Notes under the pieces: model-generated
What the model was told of the DNA's origin: nothing
Seen by the model: only the letters and a program-made list of their open reading frames with translations
Databases searched by the model: none
Assembly: GCF_009914755.1 (NCBI RefSeq)
Contig: NC_060947.1
Strand: one strand, 5' to 3'
DNA length: 64,000 bases
Origin: the human T2T-CHM13v2.0 reference genome, Homo sapiens
Position numbers and translations under genes: made by a program
Shown: positions 12,750 to 27,997 of the stretch, piece by piece
Layout: the number at the start of each line of letters is the position of its first letter
Numbering within the stretch: position 1 is the first letter of the stretch

Positions 12750-15530
12750 GAGTCTATCTCACTTTGTTGTCTAAGGTGAAAAAAAGAGGAATGGTTGGAG
12801 ATTGTCAGTGTAGAATCCCTGATCTAGAAGGCTGGTCTCCTTGTTCTCTGACCCCTTCTCTCTTGACATTCACACAACCATTCAAAGATAAATATTTCTT
12901 ACAGAGAGAAGCCTCAGATAATAACCATACAGTCTGACTATGATGTGTAGTCCACAATTCTGGCAACATAGCTTGCCTAGAAATATTTTACAGTCAAGGT
13001 TTTGAAAATTTACTCCACCTCTTGATGATGCCAGCAGCCTGAGCATGAAAAGGGGCATGGGATGCATGGCGAATGACATCCCCATCAGTGCACTGTTGGG
13101 TCTCCTTAAGCTTGAACACTGTGCTTTGGAAGACTGTAAGTGGCAGAAACAGTAGAACTCAGACTCAAGTATTACCATGGTATTCCCAGAATCTGCAACT
13201 CACACAGGAATGGCAACTTCATAGCTGGAATAGATTTCTCTTTTTTTTTGAGGTTTCCAACACATTTTATTTTGCAGACCACTGCTTTGTAGCTTTTGAG
13301 GACAACATCTGTATCAATTCCTATAAAATGTCCAATCAATTTCAGTTCCGTAGCAGGCTCTTCCAACTGGAATAGATTTCAATGGCTGTTAGATACCAGA
13401 AATAGCCACAAGGTGGCAGCAGAGAATGGAAGTAGACCCTCAGGAATGGTCAAGGCTCAAAGTTGTGTCACCTACTGACAGATGACACAGATGGAATTCT
13501 TTTAAGCCCATTGGATTATGGTGGAATAGTCACTTGCCCAGTCCTATGATGAATACAGATAGCATTGCTATGCACATGCAATTGGCCACATTGTTTGATT
13601 TAGGCTTTTCTGAGTATGGATGCTTTCCTTTGGCATTCACATGGATTACATAAATGTTCTGTCTGGCTGCAGATATAGCTTTCCAGAGTTCCTGGCCCAA
13701 TAGAGGGGTGCCTTTTATATACCAGTAGTCATTCTCCATGAATTCAAACAGACAGCTGAGCTGTTTTCACTGACACTAACCCAAGTGTCAGTGAAAATAC
13801 AATATGCCATTTCTCTATGAGTATTATATAGGACAAGGATGGCAGTATTCAAATCAGCCAATTGTGCTGACTGGCCCTCACTGCAGGAGGTCTTCCAGGG
13901 CTGTCCTTGGGGCTTAATTACTGCCAATACCCAGTGAGACCATTAGCTTTTACTTCAGCTAAGCCATCAGTAATCCAAGGTCAATCATCCTTGGGGATTT
14001 GGAAGTGTGATCACCAGATAGCAAAAGGCTTCCCTTGTGAATGAGCAAGGGGAGGTTCAAAAGCCTCTAAAGGTATGTAACCTTTTTGTATATGGAGGAC
14101 ACAGTTGTGGGACCAGATCTGCCTCTCTCTTAAATATAATATTTCCATTTAATAAAAGAAGACTGTTGGGCCTTTCTGACTTTATTGTAAGCATCTGAAT
14201 GAACAAACCCAAGATGGAGGTGTCTGGGCAAAATGTTACCTGGCATTCCAGAATAAGGTTCTCATTCTCCACAACTTCCCATTAGAAGGCCAGTTAGTTA
14301 TTTCCCAAATGGAGTGTGATGGGTGGCCTGGTCAGGGAACTCGACGGGCACATACAGGTGGAAGCAGTCTCTCTTTGGTAGAAGCTCAACACAGCATAGT
14401 CATCAGTAGCAGATACTTGTAGTTACAAGGGACCCTTGGGGTTTTACAGGCCCATGTCACTGCCCTAGCCTACCTGTTATTACCATAACCAGTTAAATTT
14501 TCTAGATTTTCTGCTCAACACATACATAAGGTGCAACAAACTGTCTGGATGAGGCACATAATGTCTCGAATATCCAAACAGTCAAATTAACTTCTGGGCT
14601 CCTTTTTAGGTAGTGGTGAGTCAAAATGCAAGTAACTTTCCCTTTTATATCTTAGAGATTGATATTTGAGCCTTAGCCCACATGGCTCTCAATAATTTGA
14701 CTTGGGTGGTTGGTCTCTATATTTTATTAGGAGTAATGAGCCACCCCTTGGCTTTCATGCAAGTCAGCAAACAGCCATTACCACTTGTTCTTTACTGGGG
14801 CTTACCAGCACAATATCATCAATATATTGGAATCAAGTTATCCAAGAAAGGAAAAAGAACTTATTCCATACATCTGCACGCTCACTGATGGCAAACACCA
14901 AGAAAATATAGCTTCTCCAGATATAGCATAGTAATTGTGTGGGAGCTACAGGGACAATGGCTAAATTCAGCTGGCAATAAGCCTCCACCTCCCATTCACC
15001 TGTTTCACTAGACACTCAGGGCCATTGTCAAGATATAAAAGCTTTCAACACTCCTACTGTCTTTAAGTCCTTCATTAAGGCCTTGATTACTTTCTCATCT
15101 CCTGGAATTCTATATTATTTGTGTAGTGTAATACAGGAGAGAACTGGAAGTCTAGTTGGTGGTTTTGGTGTAATCTTCTCACTATCATCATATTGCAAGA
15201 TGCTCTTTTTCACAAGTGGGAGAATCCCCCTTCTTAGACTCTATGAGTACTCACAGTAAATGCATGTAAAACAGCAATAGCAATTATACATCAAGCAGTA
15301 AGAGTAACAGCAGTAGTGGGAGTCTAAGTGACCACACCCAGATGGTTACAGTTAATCCCCTTTTCTGTTTCACTACATCGCCAAATTCAGCCAATTCACT
15401 GGTAGCACTTGTCCCTCAACAGAATCTGATAAGAGAGTTATTTAAGCACTGGTATCCAAACAAGCCACAAAATTTCTCATCTCCTACCTTTACCCCATGC
15501 CACATTGTACCCTTGCAGAGGCATATGACC
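12750..15530 (-). pseudogene. Degenerate class III-like ERV pro-pol (protease, RT, RNase H, integrase)
   Basis: Protease LDTSA*ITL at about 15434-15459; RT QYIDDIVL (YIDD at 14815-14826); RNase H GQSAQLADL...IFTDTW and LLGQELWK...VIHVNAK at 13530-13930; integrase-like HFIGIDT near 13310-13335. Confidence 0.8.
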
Positions 15531-15829
15531 TCTGGGCCCCACTGGGGACAGAAAGACCTTGACCTCACGCTTAGTCCCCCTTCTTCAGATCACGATACAT
15601 GGGCTTAGGGTCCAGCAGTGGAAATGCTGAAGGAATGATAGCCAGTTGGCTACTATAGGATAATAATGAGGAAGTGAGAAGCCAGTTGACTATCATTCTA
15701 TGGTAGCCAACTGGCTTCTTGCTTCCTCCTATAAAGACGGAACCCACAAATGGGGTACCCAGACTACCAACATTTCTATCCAGCTAACTAGAAATGGCTT
15801 CTTACTTCCTCCTATAAAGAGATATTGAT

Positions 15830-17330
15830 CTCCATGGAGAAATCTGTCCCCACTGAGGCACTTTAAGTTTCAACCGGATAAACAACTGCCTGTTTGTGCC
15901 CCTTCTCCCTATGCCTATAGCTCCTATCTGGACCCAGTTGCTTCAGTGCTCAACCCATTAATCTCTTCTTTGAGAAACTCTGTTTTACAGCCAAATCTAT
16001 ATTGACTTATGGCTAGGTTCCTTTGTAGGGGATTTATTCTTTTTCCCACTGTTCTTTATTTTATCTCAGATTACAGAAATTTTGCTTAGATGAGGATGGG
16101 TCTGTCTTTCTCTTAGGCATTTTTCAACCTACAATCATAGCCACCTGCACAGGGTCTCGAGGTACTAACAACAAAGTTAGTCATCCACTTTCACTTTAGG
16201 GAGGCAGAGAATAAACACTTATCAGGCATTCTCTGGATGAAAGGCTCGTTATCAAAATTAGCATTCTGCCCATGGTACAGTCATTCTGGAGCAGCTACAA
16301 CCATCATGTTTTGAACAACTTCCTCCTTGGTATTCTCCCCAGGTTCAACATAATATCGTCATTGAAATAGAAATTGAAACCAGCAAAGCCATGGTTTGTG
16401 ACATGATTCTGCCCTGACTGAAGAGTCTGTATGAATCATATGTGAGAAGGCCTGCTTGCTACCATTCACTCTGTAAAGCATAACCGTTCTTCTTTCAGCA
16501 CGAGACGCACCAACTGAATCTCTAACAGCACCCCACTCTTTGGACAGAAGTTTTATCAGGTTTCCCTCCTTTGCCTCTTGGGTGCATCTTACTACTCTGC
16601 ATGGGGTTATATTGCAGTTACAGGAATAGTAATCGTGGTTTTCAAATGGGGGAAAGTTGTGCTTTTCTCTTTGACAGGAATCAGAGGTGTTTCCTTTGTC
16701 CCCTACTCTGTAGAAGAGGATGCCTTTTGAATAGTTTATTGTAATCTGACCTCTTACACTCAGTGTCTATTCATCAACTCACCTCATGTTCAAAAAGCAG
16801 ACCATTTACCTTCCCCTTAATTTACTATTTGGGCAGACACAATCCCTCCTATCTCCCAGGGAGCTTCCTTACATCCCTGAATTGTCCCATAGGTCCCCTG
16901 CCTTTTCTCTTTCAAAAAGTCATTGTCTATATTGGCACCTTGCTTCCTATGCCAATCCTTGCAGAAACTCATTCATATAGGATGGCATGGAGTAGCTAGA
17001 CTCCAAAGGAAATGATTAAGTAAGCAAGCATATCAGTTTGCCACACTCCACAAGTGCCAAAAGAAGACAACAACATTTAATGGCTCAGAGCAAAACAATT
17101 TATTATTTACAGCACATCAAACAGCAGGAATATCAGCCTGGTAGCACCAATTTACCTGTCTCCAACTTCCACTATGCAACCTGGAAAGAGCAGGTGGGCT
17201 ATAAACACTGGGTTGCACCACAGCTGAGCAACCAGAGCCAAGGGTTTAGCACCTTTCTATAGCAAGCAGTTAACCAGCCAGTCATTTTCTTCTAGGAGAG
17301 AGTAATCATATAATGGTTCTGCTGGGTGTC
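15830..17330 (-). mobile_element. Probable gag remnant and LTR-like segment (about 17010-17330) of the inner ERV
   Basis: Lies upstream of the protease on the minus strand; AATAAA and a TATA-like motif in LTR orientation at about 17100-17260; no intact ORF. Confidence 0.45.
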
Positions 17331-17960
17331 ATGTCATGTCAGTAATTCTCCTTTATTCTCCCTGATTCCCATTCAAAGCCTCAAGATCTACTCCCACATA
17401 TGTTCCCAGGGTTTGTGCCAGTATATTTGAGCCAGGTTTTCCATTTCTTTTGGTTGTAACATCTTTCCTCCAAGAGCAGGGACTTTACTTCCCAGCTCTG
17501 CCTATAATGCTAATTGGTTTGGTTGCAATGAGAGTGCAGATGTTGAATGTGCCCTTATGTAAATCTCCTGTGTTGGTAATGTATTTTCAGGGTCTCCAAG
17601 TCTGAGGAGGTTGCTCTCCTCTAGCAAGTCAGAGGGGCAGGTGTAGGGGAACTGCTGCTGATCTGAAAGATTAAGGGGAATCTGGTAGTTCAAGATTCTC
17701 AGGCTCTTCCATGCAAATCTCCCTAATCCAAGTCTTACGGTTACTGTTTTTCATGAGGTCCCTGATTTTGACATAGGAGACCTCTTCAAGTTATATATCC
17801 AGTGCCATTTTGAATCTCTACCCCCCTTACAATTAGCTCCCAGCCCTGATTTTCAGCACAGTCTTCCTTGCTGCTGCAGATGAGGCTCTCTTTAAGCACA
17901 GCTGTATAGAAGACTTCTGGATTTTACAAGGGCCTAGGGTCGATGAGTCTGTTATTTTCA
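17330..17960 (-). pseudogene. ERV-L/HERV16-type gag fragment (outer element)
   Basis: Minus strand GAGGTCTCCTATGTCAAAATCAGGGAC (EVSYVKIR, compare ERV-L QVSYVKVRALIG) and LIATKPI (compare LIASRPI). Confidence 0.55.
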
Positions 17961-17964
17961 TTTC

Positions 17965-18960
17965 TGTTTTATTAATTTTTACTGAAGTATAATCTACAGG
18001 AAAAAAGTGAACAAGCCATAAGCATAAAATTCTATGAATTTTTGCAGTGTGAACACATCTATGTAATAGCTCTCAGAATGAAAAACAGAACATTGCCACA
18101 TACCAGACTCCCCACTGATGGCTGCTTCAAATTATTAAGCCTCCTGAGAATGAACACTTACCTGACTTGTATCATCATAGATTAGTTTTGTCTATTTTTG
18201 AGCTTTATATAAAAATAGTCATATAATACTATTTTGTAACTGATTTCTTTTGTAAGATTCATTCGTTTTTGTGAGTAGTTATAGACTGTTCATTTTCATT
18301 GCTGTGTGCTATTTTATTGTGTGAATACAACACAATTTATTTAATCATTTTACTTTTTGTAAATGGGGAAGTTTTTAAATTGTTGCCTAGTATAAATAAA
18401 TAGTAATGCTATGAACAATCTTATACATGTGTTCTGGTGAACATATGCATATACTTCTGTTGGATAAATACCTAGAAGTAAAATTTGCTGTATTATAGGT
18501 TATGCATAAATTCATACATATTAGATATTGCCATGTAAATTTCCAAGGTAGTTGTATCAATTTCCACTTCCACTAGCAGTTTTTGACAATTCCAGTTGCT
18601 CATGTCTTCAGAAAGAAATGATATTTCTATCATTTTTCATTTTATCTATTCAGGTGTGAGAGTAAAAGTATTACCATATGGCATTAATTTTCATTTCCCT
18701 GATCCTGATGAATAATGAAGCTGAGAATCCTTTTATTTGTTCATTAGTCATTTATATTAGCCATTTTTTCTGAATGGCCTGTTTATCTTTTCCCATTTTC
18801 CACTGGGTTGCCTGCCTTTTCTTATGGATTTGTAGAAATTCTTCATATATTCTGCATACAAATTCTGTGGTAAGTACATTTATTTCAAATAAATACTCTC
18901 ATCAATGGACTGCCTTTTCTCTTTCTTAATGGTGCATTTTGATGAGCAAATGTTCTTAAA
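17965..18960 (-). mobile_element. Old L1M (L1MD/ME-type) 3' fragment
   Basis: Degenerate L1 3' UTR/ORF2-end motifs such as GCTATGAACAATCTTATACATGTG and GGATAAATACCTAGAAGT. Confidence 0.65.
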
Positions 18961-18972
18961 TTGTATGTCTTT

Positions 18973-19004
18973 CTCCCTCCTTCCCTCCCTCCCTCCCTTC
19001 TTTT

Positions 19005-19071
<67 letters not shown>
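18973..19071. repeat. (CCCT)n-(TTTC)n tetranucleotide STR derived from the L1 poly(A) tail
   Basis: More than 15 TTTC units directly abutting the L1 3' end. Confidence 0.95.
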
Positions 19072-19072
<1 letters not shown>

Positions 19073-21301
19073 ATACTTTAAGTTCTGGGGTACATGTGCA
19101 GAGCATGCAGTTTTGTTACATGTGTATACACGTGCCATGGTGGTTTGCTGCACCCAACAACCCGTCACTTATATTAGGTATTTCTCCTAATGCTATCCCT
19201 CCCCACTCCCCCCACCCCACAACAGGCCACGGTGTGTGATGTTCCCCTCGCTGTGTCCATGTGTTCTCATTGTTCAGCTCTCACTTATGAGTGAGAACAT
19301 GCGGTGTTTGGTTTTCTTTTCTTGTGATCGTTTGCTGAGAATGATGGTTTCCAGCTTCATCCATGTCTCTGCAAAGGACATGAACTCATTCTTTTTATGG
19401 CTGCATAGTATTCCATAGTGTATATGTGCCACATTTTCTTTATACAATCTACCACTGATGGGCATTTGGGTTGGTTCCAAGTCTTTGCTATTGTGAATAG
19501 TGCCACAATAAACATATGTGTGCATGTGTCTTTATAGTAGAATGATTTATAATCCTTTGGGTATATACCCAGTAATGGGATGGCTGGGTCAAATGGTATT
19601 TCTGGTTCTAGATCCTTGAGGAATCACCACACTGTCTTCCACAATGGTTGAACTAGTTTACAGTCCCACCAAAAGTGTAAAAGTGTTCCTATTTCTCCAC
19701 ATCCTCTCCAGCACCTGTTGTTTCCTGACTTTTTAATGATTGCCATTATAAATGGTGTGAGATGGTATCTCATTGTGGTTTCGATTTGCATTTCTCTGAT
19801 GGCCAGTGATGATGGGCATTTTTTCATGTGTTTTTTGGCTGCATAAATGTCTTCTTTGGAGAAGTGTCTGTTCATATCCTTTGCCCACTTTTTGATGTGG
19901 TTGTTTGGTTTTTTTCTTGTAAATTTGTTTAAGTTCTTTGTAGATTCTGGATATTAGCCATTTATCAGATGGATAGATTGCAAAAATTTTCTCTCATTCT
20001 GTATGTTGTCTGTTCACTTTGATGATAGTTTCTTTTGCTGTGCAGAAGCTCTTTAGTTTAATTAGATCCCATTTGTCAATTTTGGCTTTTGTTGTCATTG
20101 CTTTTGGTGTTTTAGAGATGAAGTCTTTGCCCACACTTATGTCCTGAATGGTATTGCCTAGGATTTTTTCTATGATTTTTATGGTTTTAGGTCTTACATT
20201 TAAGTCTTTAATCCATCTTGAGTTGATTTTTGTATAAGGTGTACGGAAAGGGTCCAGTTTCAGTTTTCTGCATATGGCTAGTCAGTTTTCCCAACCCCAT
20301 TTATTAAATAGGGAATCTTTTCCCCATTGCTTGTGTGTGTTAGGTTTGTCAAAGATCAAATGGTGGTAGATGTGTGGTGCTACTTCTGAGGCCTCCGTTC
20401 TGTTCCATTGGTCTATATATCTGTTTTGGTACCAGTACTATGCTGTTTTGGCTACTGTAGCCTTGCAGTATAGTTTGAAATCAGGTAGTGTGATGCCTCC
20501 AGCTTTGTTCTTTTTGCTTAGGATTGTCTTGGCTATGTGGGCTCTTTTTTTGGTTCCATATGAAGTTTAAAGTAGTTTTTTCCAATTCTGTGAAGAAAGT
20601 CAGTGGTAGCTTGATGGGGATAACATTGAATCTATAAATTACTTTGGGCAGTAAGGCCATTTTAATGATATTGATTCTTCCTATCCATGAGCATGGAATG
20701 TTTTTCCATTTGTTTGTGTCCTCTCTTATTTCCTTGAGCAGTGGTTTGTAGTTCTCCTTGAAGAGGTCCTTCGTAACCCTTGTAAGTTGTATTCCTAGCT
20801 ATTTTATTCTCTTTAGTAGCAATTGAGAATGGGAGTTCACTCATGATTTGGCTCTCTGTTTGTCTGTTATTGGTGTATAGGAGTGCTTGTGATTTTTGCA
20901 CATTGATTTTGTATCCTGAGATTTTGCTGAAGTTGCTTATCAGCTTAAGAGATTTTGGGCTGAGACGATGGGGTTTTCTAAATGTAGAATCATGTCATCT
21001 GCAAGCAGAGACAATTTGACTTCCTCTCTTCCTATTTGAATATGCTTTGTTTCTTTCTTTTGCCTGATTGCCCTGGCCAGAGCTTCCAATACTATGTTGA
21101 ATCGCAGGAGTAGTGAGAGAGGGCATCCTTGTCTTCTACCTGTTTGCAAAGGGAATGCTTCCAGTTTTTGCCCACTCAGTATGATATTGGCTGTGGGTTT
21201 GTCATAAATAGCGTTTATTATTTTTAGATACGTTCCTTCGATACCTAGTTTGTTGAGAGTTTTTAGCAGAAGCGGTATTGAATTTTGTTGAAGGCCCTTT
21301 A

Positions 21302-21454
<153 letters not shown>

Positions 21455-21457
21455 TCA

Positions 21458-22542
<1,085 letters not shown>

Positions 22543-25500
22543 TTTATAGTATTGTCTTACGGTAGCTTGTATTTCTGTGGGATTGGTGGGATATCCCCTT
22601 TATCTTTTTTTATAGCATCTATTTGATTCTTCTCTCTTTTCTTCTTTATTATTCTTGCTAGCTGTCTATCTATTTTGTTGATCTTTTCAAAAAGCCAGCT
22701 CCTGGATTCACTGATTTTTTGAAGGGTTTTTTGTGTCTCTATCTCCATCAGTTCTGCTCTGATCTTAGTTATTTCTTGTCTTCTGCTAGCTTTTGAATTT
22801 GTTTGCTCTTGCTTCTCTAGTTCTTTTAATTGTGATGTTAGGGTGTCAATTTTAGATCTTTCCTCTTTCTCTTGTGGGCATTTAGTGCTATACATTTCCC
22901 TCTACAAACTGCTTTAAATGTGTCCCAGAGATTCTGGTACATTGTGTCTTCATTCTTATTGGTTTCAAATAACATCTTTATTTCTGCCTTCATTTTGTTA
23001 TTTACCCAGTAGTTATTCAGGAGCAGGTTGTTCAGTTTCCATGTAGTTGTGTGGTTTTGAGTGAGTTTCTTAATCCTGAGTTCTAATTTGATTGCACTGT
23101 GGTCTGAGAGACTGTTTGTTATGATTTCCCTTCTTTTGCATTTGCTGAGGAGTGTTTTACTTCCAATTATGTGGTCAATTTTAGAATAAGTGCAATGAGG
23201 TGCTGAGAAGAATGCATATTCTGTTGATTTTAGGTGGAGAGTTCTGTAGATGTCTATTAGGTCGGCTTGGTCCAGAGCTGTGTTCAAGTCCTGAATATCC
23301 TTGTTAATTTTCTGTCTCATTGATCTGTCTAATATTGACAGTGGGGTGTTAAAGTCTCCCATTATTATTGTGTGGGAGTCTAAGTCTCTTTGTAGGTCTC
23401 TAAGAAGTTGTTTTATGAATCTGGGTGCTCCTGCGTCGGGTGCATATATATTTAGGATAGTTAGCTCTTCTTGTTGAATTGATCCCTTTACCATTATGTA
23501 ATAGTCTTCTTTGTCTCTTTTGATCTTTGTTGATTTAAAGTCTGTTTTATCAGAGATTAGGATTGCAACTCCTGCTTTTTTTTTTTTTTTTTTGCTTTCC
23601 ATTTGCTCGGTAAATATTCCTCCATCCTTTTATTTTAAGCCTATGTGTGTCTTTGCACATGAGATGGGTCTCCTGAATACAGCATACTGATGGGTCTTGA
23701 CTCTTTATCTAATTTGCCAGTCTGTGTCTTTTAATTGGAGCATTTAGCCCATTTACATTTAAGGTTAATATTGTTATGTGTGAATGTGATCCTGTCATTA
23801 TGATGCTAGCTGGTTATTTTGCCCATTAGTTGTTGCAGTTTCTTCATAATGTCGATGGTGTTTACAATTTGGTATGTTTTTGCAGTGGCTGGTACCAGTT
23901 GTTCCTTTCCATGTTTAGTGCTTCCTTCAGGATCTCTTGTAAGGCAGGCCTGGTGGTGACAAAAATCTCTCAGCATTTGCTTGTTTGTAAAGGATTTTAT
24001 TCCTCCTTTGCTTATGAAACTTAGTTTGGCTGGATATGAAATTCTGGGTTGAAAATTCTTTTCTTTAAGAATGTTGAATATTGGCCCCCACTCTCTTCTA
24101 GCTTGTAGAGTTTCTGCAGAGAGATCTGCTGTTAGTCTGATGGGCTTCCCTTTGTGAGTAACCCGCCCTTTCTCTCTGGATGCCCTTAACATTTTTTCCT
24201 TCTTTTCAACCTTGGTGAATCTGATGATTATGTGTCTTGGGGTTGCTCTTCTCAAAGAGTATCTTTGTGGTGTTCTCTACATTTCCTAAATTTGAATGTT
24301 GTCCTGTTTTTCTAGGTTGGGGAAGTTCTCCTGGATAATATCCTGAAGAGTGTTTTCCATCTTGGGTCCATTCTCCCCATCACTTTCAGGTACACCAATC
24401 AAATCAAAAAAATTTGGTCTTTTCAGATAGTCTCATATTTCTTGGAGGTTTGTTCATTCCTTTTTAGTCTTTTTTCTCTAATCTTGTCTTCTTGCTTTAT
24501 TTCATTAAGTTGATCTTCAATCTCTGATAGCATTTGTTCTGCTTGATCGATTCAGCTATCAATACTTGTGTATGCTTCATGAAGTTCTCATGCTAAGTTT
24601 TTCAGCTCCATAAGGTCATTTATGTTCTTCTCTAAACCAGTTACTCTAGTTAGCAATTCGTCTAACCTTTTTTCAAGGTTCTTACTTTCCTTGCATTGGG
24701 TTAGAACATGCTCCTTTAGCACGGAGGAGTTTGTTATTACCCACCTTCTGAAGTCTACTTCTGTCAATTCGTCAAACTCATTCTCCATCCAGTTTTGCTC
24801 CCTTGCTGGCAAGAAGTTGTGATCCTTTGGAGAAGAGGTGTTCTGGTTTTTGGAATTTTCAGCATTTTTGTGCTGGTTTCTCTCCATCTTTGTGGATCTA
24901 TTTACCTTTGGTCTTTGATGTTGATGACCTTCGCATGGGGTCTTTGAGTGGATGTGCTATTCCTTTCTGTTTGTTAGCTTTCCTTCTAACATTCAGGCCC
25001 GTCTGCTGCAGGTCTGCTGGAGTTTGCTGGAGTTTGCTGGAGGTCCACTCCAGACCGCTGGCCTGAGTATCACCTGTGGAGGCTGCAGAACAGCAAAGAT
25101 TGCTGCCGATTGCTGCCTGCTCTTTCCTCTGGAAGCTTCATCCCACAGGGGTACCTGCCAGAGCTCTCCTGTATGAGGTGTCTGTCAGCCCCTACTGGGA
25201 GGTGTCTCCCAGTCAGGATACATGGGGGTCAGGGACCAACTTGAGGAGGCAGTCTGACCCTTAGCAGAGCTCAGAAGCTGTGCTGGGAGGTCCACTGCTC
25301 TCTTCAGAACTGTCAGGCAGGGAGGTTTAAGTCTGCTGAAGCTCCACCCACAGCCATCCCTTCCCCCAGGTGCTCTGTCCCAGGGAGATGGGGTTTTTAT
25401 CTGTAAGTCCCTGACTGGGGCTGTTGCCTTTTTCTTTTTTTTCAGAGATGCCTTGCCCAGAGAGAAGAAATCTGACAGTCTGGCCACGGAGGCCTTGCTT

Positions 25501-26404
25501 AGCTGCAGTGGGCTCCGCCCAGTTCAAACTTCCCAGCGGTTTTGTTTACTCTGTGAGGGTAAAACCACCTAATCAAGCTTCAGCAATGGCAGACGCCCCT
25601 CCCCCCACCAAGCTGGAGCATCCCAGGTCGATCTCAGATTGCTGCTGTGCTGGCAGTGAGAATTTCAAGCCAGTGGATCTTAGTTTGCTGGACTCCATGG
25701 GGGTGGGACCTGCCTAAACCAGACCACTTGGCTCCCTGGCTTCAGCACCCCTTTCCAGGGGAGTGAATGCTTCAGTCTCACTGGCGTTCCAGGAGCCACT
25801 GGGGTACGGAATAAAAAAAAAAAAAAAACAAAAAAAAAAAACGTCTTGCAGCTAGTTCAGTGTCTGCCCAAATGGCCGCTCAGGTTTGTGCTTGAAACCC
25901 AGGGCCCTGGTGGGGTAGGCACCAGAGGGGATCCCCTGGTCTGCAGGTTGTGAAGACCATGGGAAAAGCACAGTATCTGGACTGGAGTGCACAGTTCCTC
26001 AGGCTCAGTCCCTAAGGGCTTCCATTGGGTTGGGGAGAAAATTCCCCAACCCCTTGCACTTCCTGGGTGAGGCAATGCCTCAGCCTGCTTCGGCTCACCC
26101 TCCGTGGGCTGCACCCATTGTCCAACCAGTCCCAGTGAGATGAACTGGGCACCTCAGTCGGAAATGCTGAAATCACCCGACTTCTGTGTCGATCTCACTG
26201 GGAGCTGCAGACCGCAGCTGTTTCTATTCAGTCATTTGCCTGGAGAGATCCCCCTTGTGTCTTTATTGTTAGTACTTTTTTCTCTTTTGGTGTGTCCTGA
26301 TAAGAAAATTGTTGCTTACTACAAAGTCATGAAGATATTCCCTGCATTCTCTTTAAACTTTTTTTTAACTTTCACATTTATATTTGGAAATCTTCTCCAA
26401 CTGA

Positions 26405-26705
<301 letters not shown>

Positions 26706-27040
26706 CAATTGATTTTTGTTCATAGTTTGAAAAGGAGTCACACAAGATTAACTTTCTTTTTCAAATAGATATTCAACTGACTAACATCAGTTCTTGAAAA
26801 GGCCATTCTTTCCACATTATACTTCAGTGTCACATTTATCATGGATCATGTGACTCCTATGTATATAACTGTATACACATACATTTTATGCTCTTTGTGA
26901 TGAGTCAGTGTGTGTATGCATATATATGTACTCCATACTTTAATTCTTATAGTTTCATAAATAAGTTTGAAGGGCAGCAATCTATGTCCTCCTTTTTCAA
27001 GATTACTTCTGTATGTTTGCCATTCTGCATTTTCATAGAC

Positions 27041-27245
27041 CTGCACTGTCCAATATGGTGGTGACTAGCAATGAATCACTATTTAAATTTAAATTTAAAA
27101 TAATTAAAAATAAATCCAATTTTAGAATTCAGTTTCTCAGCCATTTTAGCCACATTTCAAGTGCTTAATAGCCAGATATTGACTACTGTCATAAGCAGCA
27201 CAAATATAGAATACGTCCATTATCTCAGAAAGTTGTACAACGTTA
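27041..27245. mobile_element. MER3-like hAT-Charlie MITE
   Basis: CTGCACTGTCCAATATGG...TAGCCACATTTCAAGTGCTTAATAGCC...AGAAAGTT. Confidence 0.7.
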
Positions 27246-27997
27246 CTAACACATTTCAAATGTTTGTCACTTTTCACACATATACACACTCACAAACAAA
27301 ACCTACAGGGATAAGGATTTGGTTTGGGTTTAATCTTTAGATCAACTTGGGGAGACCAATGTCCTTGCAGTAATGAATCTTACAATCCTTATGAACAGTC
27401 CTGGACCCAGGTGTTAGTAGCTCAGCTATGTATGATTAATACTGTATAACTAATGTAAAAAAAGGTAAAAACTGTAAGAAAAAGAAACATAAAAGAGGCT
27501 GTTCCCCGTCTTCTACAATGTGTTAACCAGAATATCCAGTATATAATAAAAATTTCTAGGTATGCCAAACAGAAAAGTGTAATTCATAAGTAGGAAAATT
27601 AAAACCCAATAGAAACAAATCATTAGGTGACATGTGTTAGAATTAGCAGTAAGAATGCTGAAGAAATGGAGGACTCTATCAAATTAATTGACCTAATTTA
27701 TATCTCTAGAACACTGCCTAACACTTTTTTTTCAAGTGCATATGGGCTTTTTACTTAAACTTTTATATGCTGAGCCATAAAACAAGACCTAATAAATTTC
27801 AAATATCCAAAACACAAAGTATGTTCTTCCATCACAATATAATTAAATTAGAAGTTAATGATAACATGATCTCTAGAAAATTCCCAAATATTTGGAAGTA
27901 AGCTGAGCAACACTATTCAAAACAACCCACACGTAAAAGAAGATATGACAAAGGAAATTGGAAGATAATTCAACCAGAATATTTGGTAGAATTTACC

